A DNA stretch of 62,877 bases, counting the filler, from Octopus bimaculoides (Eukaryota): the NCBI RefSeq assembly GCF_001194135.2. It is 3 parts of 3 records of this genome, joined end to end, with 100 filler letters (N's around TTAATTAATTAA, not from the genome) between each part and the next. Parts side by side here need not be neighbours in the genome. Positions count along the whole stretch, not along the records: positions 1 to 30,534 come from NC_068983.1; positions 30,635 to 61,061 come from NC_068982.1; 1 more part is not named here. One strand, 5' to 3'. How positions within the stretch are numbered: the first letter of the stretch is position 1; every line of letters starts with the position of its first letter. The notes beneath the pieces are model-generated. The model worked only from the letters and a program-made list of their open reading frames with translations, ran no database searches and had not been told where the DNA came from. Below are positions 22,211 through 31,713 of this stretch, piece by piece. Made by a program: the position numbers and the translations under genes.

Positions 22211-22361
22211 GACGGGCTTCTTTTAGTTTCCGTCTACCAAATCCACTCACAAGTCTTTGTCGGCCCGCAGCTGTAGTAGAAGACACTTGTTCAAGGTACC
22301 ACGCAGTGGAACTGAAATCGAAACCACGAGATTGTAAAGCGAGCTTCCTAACCACACGCAC
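22040..22361 (-). mobile_element. Family-A SINE
   Basis: GCCGAACCGCTAA..(CA)(TA)n..GACACTTGTTCAAGGTACCACGCAGTGGAACTGAA. Confidence 0.85.
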
Positions 22362-23018
22362 GGATCCTGTTCAAAACAGGGGCACCAGTATTTTCTTAAC
22401 GAAACACTAACGAAACACTTTGAAACTTGGGACACTGGTAGAATGTGTCATATGAAACATCTTTTACTCTTAGTCTTCTTAACAAAANNNNNNNNNNNNN
22501 NNNNNNNNNNNNNNNNNNNNNNNNNNNNNNNNNNNNNNNNNNNNNNNNNNNNNNNNNNNNNNNNNNNNNNNNNNNNNNNNNNNNNNNNNNNNNNNNNNNN
22601 NNNNNNNNNNNNNNNNNNNNNNNNNNNNNNNNNNNNNNNNNNNNCATATATTGTTTATATAATAAATTACGCTGTGCGTATCTATGTGTGTAACAATTTT
22701 AGAGTTCGGATTTTAGAGTTAGGGTTAGTTTTAGGGTTAGGGTTAGGGTTACGGTTACGGTTAACAGTCTAGTTAGGGTTAGGGTTAGGGTTAGGGGATT
22801 AATACGATATACACCGTTACAGCGCTAACTGTTTTCAGTGATTAGTAGAAATTATCGAAATAAGACAATTTTTTACATGAAATAAATTCGAATACAAAAA
22901 AATTTTTGTGTTCTATAACACAAAATAGATAAGTATACGAAGTTTGAAAGTCTTTCGGTACCAAAAACACTACATAAAACATAAATGAAAACTGGTGCCC
23001 CCGTTTTGAACAAGATCC
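22362..23018. mobile_element. Non-autonomous TIR element carrying (TTAGGG)n; GG termini and probable 8-bp TSD (Merlin-like by end structure)
   Basis: TIRs GGATCCTGTTCAAAACAGGGGCACCAGT (22362-22389) and 22991-23018 are 26/28 complementary. Flanks are ACACGCAC and ACAAGCAC. Degenerate TTAGGG array at ~22715-22796. Contains a 157-bp N gap. Confidence 0.8.
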
Positions 23019-23398
23019 ACAAGCACTCCGTCGGTCACGACGGCGAGGATTCCAGTTGATCCGATCAACGGAACAGCCTGCTCATGAAATTAACGTGCAA
23101 GTAACTCTACACTCCACAGACAGACACGCAGGCCCGCATTTCGTTTGTCTTTGCGTTCTGAACTCAAATCCCGCCGAGGTTGAGTTTGTCATACTTTACG
23201 GGTCGAAAAAACTAGTACTAGTTGTGTAACCGGGTCGATGTAATCGGCTTATCACCACCTCAAAATTGCTGGCCTTGTACCAAAATTTGAAACCAATATC
23301 ATACGTCTCAATAGATTTGTCACGGTATGTTTACTTCTGTTTTGAAAATCTAATTTCGGGCCTTGTGCCTAGACTAGAAAAGAACATATAACTGCTAA

Positions 23399-23800
23399 GG
23401 CGACGAGCCGGCAGAAACGTTAGCACGTCGGGCGAAATGCTTAGCAGTATTTCGTCTGCCGTTACGTTCTGAGTTCAAATTCCGCCGAGGTCGACTTTGC
23501 CTTTCATCCTTCGGGGTCGATAAATTAAGTGCCAGTTACGCACTGGGGTTGATGTAATCGACTTAATCCCTTTGTCTGTCTTTGTTTGTCCCCTCTATAT
23601 TTAGCCCCTTGTGGGCAATAAAGAAATAAGAAACGTTAGCACGTCGGGCGAAATGCTTAGCGGCATTTCGACTGCCGTTACGTTCCGAGTTCAAATTTCG
23701 ACGAGGTCGACTCTGCCTTTCATCCTTTCGAGGTCGATAAAATTGAGTACCAGTTGCACACTGGAGTCGATCTAATCTACTTGCTCCCTCCCCCAAAATA
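23399..23800 (+). mobile_element. Head-to-tail dimer of young family-B SINEs
   Basis: Full copy 23399-23630 ends GTGGGCAATAAAGAAATA and runs via AGAAAC directly into a second copy lacking the first ~15 nt. Confidence 0.9.
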
Positions 23801-24214
23801 TTTCTCTTCAATATTTTCGTTCCTGTCTTTTACAATACTTGAGCATCACAATTCGTGTAATTCCTTTATCTCTCTTCCCCCACCGCTCTGTCTCTCATAT
23901 AAATACGAAACCTTCTGTTATTCTTCACATACTTCCTATTCTTCCTTGTTATATTTCACTGTGTTGGTAAAGGCATAAACGCTATGCATTTCACCTTCTT
24001 CCCGCTGAATCTACAAAACTTCTGTAAGGATAAATATTTATCTACCCCAGTCACTCGTACAATAAAAGCAAGAATTGGTTTATCAGGAACAACAAATCTT
24101 TAGGGCGGCCCTTATCGTTCCGCTGACTACATGCGTGCCTTCAGCTGTTTTGATTATAGGTGACCTGGGTGGAGGCAACAATAACATCAACAACAGTAAC
24201 AAAAAAATAGGTGT

Positions 24215-24665
24215 ATGGTAAGATGATTGCTTACCAACCACATGGTTCCGGGTTCAGTCCCACTGCGTGACACGCTTGGGCAAGTGCATTCTACTAAAGC
24301 CTTGTAAGTGGATTTGGCTGACGGAAACGGAAAGAAGCCCATCGTGTATATATATATACACACACATATATATATATGTATATATGTATATATATATATA
24401 TAGAGAGAGAGACGTATATGTGTGTGTGGGTATGCGTGAGTGTATCTATGTGTGTATATGTCTTTGAGCTTATACATCACAATTGCTTGACAACCGGTGT
24501 TCGTTTGTTTACATTCTCCTAACTTAGCTACAAACCAGACTGATAGAATAAGTACCACACTTTAAAAAACAAATACTGACGTAGATTTGTTCGACTAAAC
24601 CTTTCAAGGCAGTGCTGTAGCATGGCCACAGTCTAATGATTGATACAAGGAGAAGATAAAAGATA
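24215..24665 (+). mobile_element. Family-A SINE, full, with expanded internal microsatellite
   Basis: Head, CTTGGGCAAGTG CORE, (TA)n(AG)n(TG)n, 3' half, AAGATAAAAGATA tail. Confidence 0.85.
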
Positions 24666-24709
24666 TGAATGTCTTTTTACTTGCAGTGACATTGTAATGC
24701 TAATACTTT

Positions 24710-24885
24710 AATACTCTGGGCACAAGGCCCGACATTTTTGGAGAGTGGGGCCAGTCGATTAGATCGACCTCAGTACGCAACTGGTACTTAATTTATCGAC
24801 CCCAAAACGATGAAAGGCAAAGTCGACCTCGGTGGAATTTGAACTCAGAACGCAAAGACATACGAAATACCACTAAGCATTTGTC
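24710..24885 (-). mobile_element. Family-B SINE
   Basis: GGCACAAGGCCCG..CTGGTACTTAATTTATCGACCCC..GGAATTTGAACTCAGAACG. Confidence 0.85.
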
Positions 24886-25284
24886 TGTCCTTATTTGTCC
24901 GCTCTATGTTTAGCCCCCCCCCCCTGTGGTTAGTAAAGAAATAATTATAAGACTAAATGTTTTTGATGTGTTATGAATGAAAACCTAATTGTGTGGTAGT
25001 GTAGTAACACTTATAGTACAGTCAGTGGTGGTAATGCAATCATAATAGTAAATTAATAGAAAACTATTCGTTGTCATTTAATTGTCCTATATTCTAATGA
25101 CCAGCGGCCGTCTTTATACTATGTCAGCAGCTTCAAGTGTGAAGAAAACTTTACAAACAACGCACTTTCACAAGTCACTTCTATTGCAATTTCCTTCTTT
25201 TTATGAATGGCATTAATGTCACTGAAAACAACGTGGAGGTCTATTTCCGTTTCTTCAACTAAGCATGTGCACGTGTGTGTGTGT

Positions 25285-25321
<37 letters not shown>

Positions 25322-25591
25322 CGTGTGTGCGTGCGTGTGTGTGTGCGTGTGTGTGCGCGCGTGTGTGTGTGAGTATGTGTATATGTACATATATGTATGT
25401 ATGTATGCTTGTTGAACGTATGTGTGTGCGAATGTGTTTATGTGTGTGAAAGTATGGTTGTATGTATGTAGGAACATTTGTTTCTATACAGCTATATATA
25501 CATACATACGCATAAGAGTATAGATAAGCATATGTATATATACAAATATACAAACATAGAAGCTCTCACAGACTCATGCACACAAGCGATG

Positions 25592-25647
<56 letters not shown>

Positions 25648-25676
25648 NNNNNNNNNNNNNNNNNNNNNNNNNNNNN

Positions 25677-25728
<52 letters not shown>

Positions 25729-25962
25729 GCGTGTGCATTTCTGTGTATGTTAGAGGTTGAGAAACCAACTAAGGGATAGTACCTACCCAATATACTGCTG
25801 GTAGTGTACCCAGTTATTCATACCCAAGTACTAGTTATTGCGTGGCAATTTTGCAATTGAGTATTATATATGGGCGGGGGTAAAAAAGTGGTTTAGCCTT
25901 GATTTATACGGCAAATAAGAAAGTGGAGAGGATATGAAATCAACAGATATCAGCCGGTTAAC

Positions 25963-26298
25963 ATTCCAGTATGTCTATTTATCTATATTAGATAAATACA
26001 TACGCGTTTATTAGTAGTACAGCATATCAAATATAAAGAGTTGGTAATTGCAAAAACAAGGGTGTGGAGGCATATAATCATATAGGAACAGGTAATTAAT
26101 TGAGTAAATGAGCAAATGAGCAGATTGGCATTAGCTCATCTACTCATCCAATCACCTGTTCCTGTATGATTATATGCTTCCACGCCCTTGTTCTTGCAAT
26201 TACCATCTCTTTATCTTTCATAATCTGTACTACTAATAAATGTCTATGTATTCATCTAATACATTCTGATACATTGGAATAAATAGACATACTGGAAT
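25963..26298. mobile_element. 336-bp fold-back (MITE-like palindrome / long hairpin)
   Basis: Arms 25963-26113 and 26134-26298 are inverted copies: 18 mismatches over the inner 128 nt, 20/20 over the outer segment, one ~14-nt indel, 20-nt loop. Confidence 0.85.
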
Positions 26299-26470
26299 AA
26301 GTACTGGGGTCGATTTGTTCGGCTAAAGGCGGTGCTCTAGCATGGCCGCAGTCAAATGAATGAAACAAATAAAAGAATAAAGAATAAAGAATATATATAT
26401 ATATCCACTGCGTGGCACCTTGGGCTAGTGTCCTCTGCTATAGCCTCGGGTTGACCAAAAGCCTTGTGTA
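26293..26470 (+). mobile_element. Family-A SINE 3' tail followed by a head/CORE fragment of another copy
   Basis: GGGGTCGATTTG..GGCGGTGCTCTAGCATGGCCGCAGTCAAATG, then CCACTGCGTGGCACCTTGGG. Confidence 0.8.
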
Positions 26471-27099
26471 TGTATATNNNNNNNNNNNNNNNNNNNNNNN
26501 NNNNNNNNNNNNNNNNNNNNNNNNNNNNNNNNNNNNNNNNNNNNNNNNNNNNNNNNNNNNNNNNNNNNNNNNNNNNNNNNNNNNNNNNNNNNNNNNNNNN
26601 NNNNNNNNNNNNNNNNNNNNNNNNNNNNNNNNNNNNNNNNNNNNNNNNNNNNNNNNNNNNNNNNNNNNNNNNNNNNNNNNNNNNNNNNNNNNNNNNNNNN
26701 NNNNNNNNNNNNNNNNNNNNNNNNNNNNNNNNNNNNNNNNNNNNNNNNNNNNNNNNNNNNNNNNNNNNNNNNNNNNNNNNNNNNNNNNNNNNNNNNNNNN
26801 NNNNNNNNNNNNNNNNNNNNNNNNNNNNNNNNNNNNNNNNNNNNNNNNNNNNNNNNNNNNNNNNNNNNNNNNNNNNNNNNNNNNNNNNNNNNNNNNNNNN
26901 NNNNNNNNNNNNNNNNNNNNNNNNNNNNNNNNNNNNNNNNNNNNNNNNNNNNNNNNNNNNNNNNNNNNNNNNNNNNNNNNNNNNNNNNNNNNNNNNNNNN
27001 NNNNNNNNNNNNNNNNNNNNNNNNNNNNNNNNNNNNNNNNNNNNNNNNNNNNNNNNNNNNNNNNNNNNNNNNNNNNNNNNNNNNNNNNNNNNNNNNNNN

Positions 27100-27161
<62 letters not shown>

Positions 27162-27423
27162 GACCACCCCATACATATCTAGCCCTACCCACTGAAACCC
27201 CCACACATATGTGAGAGACCATGCAGAGTTAATTGCCTTCAGTCATATAACGTGTGTGTTTGCGTGTGTTGGTGTGTGTGTGTGTACATATATGTATATA
27301 TTACATATCTATGTGTGTGTGTGAGTTTGTGAACACATACATGAATATGAGTATCTAAATATGAATATATGTTCATGTGTACATATATTCATGTATATAT
27401 ACATTTATAAATATAAATACATG

Positions 27424-27475
<52 letters not shown>

Positions 27476-27879
27476 NNNNNNNNNNNNNNNNNNNNNNNNN
27501 NNNNNNNNNNNNNNNNNNNNNNNNNNNNNNNNNNNNNNNNNNNNNNNNNNNNNNNNNNNNNNNNNNNNNNNNNNNNNNNNNNNNNNNNNNNNNNNNNNNN
27601 NNNNNNNNNNNNNNNNNNNNNNNNNNNNNNNNNNNNNNNNNNNNNNNNNNNNNNNNNNNNNNNNNNNNNNNNNNNNNNNNNNNNNNNNNNNNNNNNNNNN
27701 NNNNNNNNNNNNNNNNNNNNNNNNNNNNNNNNNNNNNNNNNNNNNNNNNNNNNNNNNNNNNNNNNNNNNNNNNNNNNNNNNNNNNNNNNNNNNNNNNNNN
27801 NNNNNNNNNNNNNNNNNNNNNNNNNNNNNNNNNNNNNNNNNNNNNNNNNNNNNNNNNNNNNNNNNNNNNNNNNNNNNNN

Positions 27880-27930
<51 letters not shown>

Positions 27931-28949
27931 GTTCATATAAATACATATACATGCACATATAAACATGTATGTGTGTATATATGTATATCTATATATGTAT
28001 TTACATATATACAGATAGACATACATGTATACACACACACATACATATACGTTTGCATACGCACACACCTCACACACACAATGAAACCTAAGAACGTGTG
28101 TATGAAGTCAGGATTCTGAACAACAATCCTCATTGTATTAAAATATGATTCCAGAACCGATGGGGTTGTCATGAATTCTTCTTGCCTTACTTGTAATATC
28201 CTACCCATTCTGTCCCATGGGAATCGTTGATTGAAGGAGAGAATGCTTCTTATGGTTGTTTATAGTAATTAGAAACAATTTGTTTTGATGGTCTAACTAG
28301 CACATTTAATCTCATCTGTGTTTATTTCTGTTGAATACGCAATTAGAATACCGAAGTGAAATGAAATAGGAGATTTTTCTGAATTTAAAATTGCATCAGG
28401 CAAAGCGTTTAGATCAGTTTTAAGTAACGATTTAAAGGCAAAAAGAATGACATTACCGCCCCTAAAACCACCTATACGCGCGCGCCGCCTTAGAAACGGT
28501 ATAAATATTAGAAACGGTATAAATATTAGAAACGGTATAAATATTAGAATGTTAAAATTAAAGAAACCGTTAACATAGGGCAAAATACTGAATTTAATGA
28601 GATTAAGGTCATGCAAGAAAACAAATCAAAAAACGTTTGTTTCATAATTCAACTGTTCTAAGGCGGTGGTGGAGGCTTTGTTATGGACCATGCAACATGT
28701 CCGTGAAATGTTAGGGCCATATGGACGCAATTTACTAAATTTGGCAAACTGAATTCTGATGAGAAATTCCCAGACTGGTGGGACCAGGGAATGAAGCTCA
28801 TCTAAACATGGAAGTAAAGGGCCAAACTGCGCAAGATTCTGTCAACTACGTATTTGAGTCTGTATTCTTGGAAGAGTGACCGGTATATGTTCGGAGGAAG
28901 CCGTCTAAGTAAGTAAGCAGTTCTCCATTTTGGGACGGCTCTGGCTCTA

Positions 28950-29460
28950 AAAGAGATACAATAGAACTACGTTGTTAAGAACTATTTTGAATTGCAATAC
29001 GAGCCATCTATTTGAGTTGCCATTCTGTCGACAGGAGGCCCGTCTCAAATCAGATATGAATGTAAGACAAAAGAGTCTATCCAAACAACGAAACATCTTC
29101 AAAGCTGTCCTGTCAGTCGAAATAAAGGAAGGTCAGAATTTTCTCAATGGTGGTGGAAATATAATTGTTACATGTAATTTTTTGGAAGGATTAAATGCAG
29201 TAAACTATTTGTTTTCATATGGTACGATCTCATTTCTCTGGGAAGATATTCTGCTATGTCCAAGAGCGAGAATAGAGTTAATAAAAGAACTCATTATTTT
29301 GTCAGATAAATTATTGAGAAACAGCAAAGGGAGTATAGGTCTCAGGACTGATCCCTGGTGCATACCTGCAATAATTTCATAGATGTCATACAAATGACCC
29401 TTAATGATGTAATGATGGAAAAGAGTCAACCATGTATGGCATAACAAATCGGTTTATCAA
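28950..29460 (-). mobile_element. Decayed LINE reverse-transcriptase fragment (CR1/Jockey group)
   Basis: AGMHQGSVLRPILPLLFLNNLSD matches the GVPQGSVLGPLLF RT motif, with downstream AFNPSK. The YADD motif is not recognisable. Confidence 0.6.
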
Positions 29461-29839
29461 ACAAGCCTCTGTGCTGTAGCTTGTTAAATGCTTTGGAGAT
29501 ATTTTAAGTAATAACAAGAGCATTGCTGGAAGAGGAATTGAACTGGCTCAAAGATTTAACTCGCCGAGAAGTTACCGTCACAATAATATGCATGTATGTG
29601 GATAGCTGCGTGTCAGTGTTTGTGTGTATACATGTGCACACGCTTTTGTATCTGTTTCTGTGTATTTTTGTGTTTGTGAGATGCTTATGTAGTCTATGGA
29701 AACATACTTATAAATAGGTAGGTAGATAGATAGAAATTCTGTAAGTGTGTATGGATGTGTGTGTGTGTGTGTGTGTATGTGAATGTATGCATACGTGTAT
29801 GTGTGTGGGTATCAAAATCGAGTGGATCAACAATAATTT

Positions 29840-30130
29840 CTCATCACTTCAAACAGGTATTATCATACCTAGAGCTAAAAAAAAGATCAATGCTATGATG
29901 TATCACCTCTCATCATTCATCATTTCAGAGAGAACTCACCGTATACTTGAAACATTCATTGCACTAAGGAACTGTCTCTTACTAAATTTAAACACCAGTA
30001 TTGATATTTTCAAAAGCACATCCGCTTCCGGCAGTAGCTCTCTATGGTTGTTATATTGTTTGATGACAGTTACATTAGAGAGATTTCCCTTTGACTTCTG
30101 CACGTAAGTACGAAACGCGAAATTTTTCGA
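29840..30130 (-). mobile_element. hAT transposase C-terminal dimerisation-domain remnant
   Basis: ELLPEADVLLKISILV..KRQFLSAMNVSSIR*VLSEMMNDER*YIIALI resembles LLP..LLK....SERSFS.M.R.K..LR..M..ERL..LALL. Confidence 0.5.
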
Positions 30131-30353
30131 TTTAGAATTACAAAATACTGTTTTGTAGTACACACACACACACGTATTTATGTATGTATGTATGTATGTA
30201 TGTATGTATGTATGTATGTATGTATGTACACATACACACATATATGTATGCATGTGTAATGTTTGTATGTGTGTATGTGTATATATATGTATGTACATCT
30301 AATATATTTTATCATGTTATAATACATTTTTTATCTATGTATATGCTATACAT

Positions 30354-30387
<34 letters not shown>

Positions 30388-30489
30388 ATGCATTTTATAT
30401 ACATAATACATAATATATAATATATATGTAATATATATATATATATTACGTGGAGTGTGTATGTATGTATGTATGTTTGTTTGTTTGTT

Positions 30490-30528
<39 letters not shown>

Positions 30529-30534
30529 GTGTGT

Positions 30535-30634
30535 NNNNNNNNNNNNNNNNNNNNNNNNNNNNNNNNNNNNNNNNNNNNTTAATTAATTAANNNNNNNNNN
30601 NNNNNNNNNNNNNNNNNNNNNNNNNNNNNNNNNN
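30535..30634. other. Artificial scaffold-join spacer
   Basis: Exactly 44 N + TTAATTAATTAA + 44 N; identical to 61062-61161. Confidence 0.95.
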
Positions 30635-30689
<55 letters not shown>

Positions 30690-30691
<2 letters not shown>

Positions 30692-30875
30692 CCGGAAAAT
30701 ACCTTAGGAATGAGAACCCAGGTTCGAAATTTCCCCAATACACCTGATGAAGGCTGGTGGGAATATCAGCGGAAACGTTGTGTTAACAACAAACAAGATG
30801 AGGACAAATATCTGTAAAATATAAATAATGTAAATAATGTACACAATTCCTCATCTCTTAAATACACAGCTGTAA
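30690..30875 (+). mobile_element. Penelope-like terminal repeat, second family
   Basis: CCTGATGAAGGCTG..CAGC.GAAACGTTG motif followed by a duplicated AAATAATGT tail; follows (AAT)n. Confidence 0.6.
30740..30783 (+). ncRNA. Minimal hammerhead ribozyme-like motif, canonical CUGAUGA core
   Basis: ACAC|CTGATGA|A|GGCTG GTGGGAATAT CAGCG|GAAAC|GTT|GTGT. Stem I ACAC/GTGT, stem II GCTG/CAGC with a G.G mismatch at its base, no stem-III loop (palindromic AACGTT). Confidence 0.6.
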
Positions 30876-31636
30876 TCTGGTAGACTTATGTGAAAAGGAA
30901 ACGCTTAAATGCGCGTCCAATATTCTAATGAACAAACAACTGTAACAACACCCACACAAGAGATAATATCTTGACGTGTGGGCTGTTGGATATTCGTATA
31001 TTTAGGCACATGTCAGCTTTAATTGAGCAGATAGTTATCGAAATATTCGAGCAATGTTACCACCTTTTATGTTTCTAGAACATTAATTAACGTATCTCTT
31101 ATTTTCATAAAACGTGGGTGTTTTGAGATAGAGAGTTCGCTGACACATTTGTCTGTTGCAAACTCCTTTAAAGCAGATTCGTTGATGTCTAGAAATTCAT
31201 CTCAAAGCTTACACACAATTCATATCTAAGAAGAATATACATCCAATCACAGTTCGCAATTGTTCATATAATAGCTTATACACCAATAACAGCTGCACTC
31301 CTCACGTCAGCTCATTAACATCAGAGTCATATATTTCTTTCCTAAATGCCGTTATTAGATCAAAGTTTCCATTCATAAGTCTGTATAATATATCTAAATC
31401 CAGATGATGATCACACAATGACATAGTTCTGCCGCTAGCACTCAATTTATTTCATAAATAGTTGTTCTCATTATTAGATAATTTTAACTCCTTTCACTCT
31501 TTCACTTTTACATCTTTTTCTACTTTCTGATTAATCACATCATCAACTAATGTGTAATTTACTTCCATTGGCTACATAATTCATCTCTGAACCACATTAA
31601 ACTATATATTAACTTACAGAAAGGAAACAAATCTCT

Positions 31637-31637
<1 letters not shown>

Positions 31638-31713
<76 letters not shown>
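31638..31713. repeat. (TCTA)n microsatellite
   Basis: Direct reading. Confidence 0.95.

Noticed and set aside
22715-22796. True telomere or chromosome-fusion scar
   Set aside because: The array is short, degenerate, single-orientation and enclosed by TIRs; it is better explained as cargo of a mobile element.
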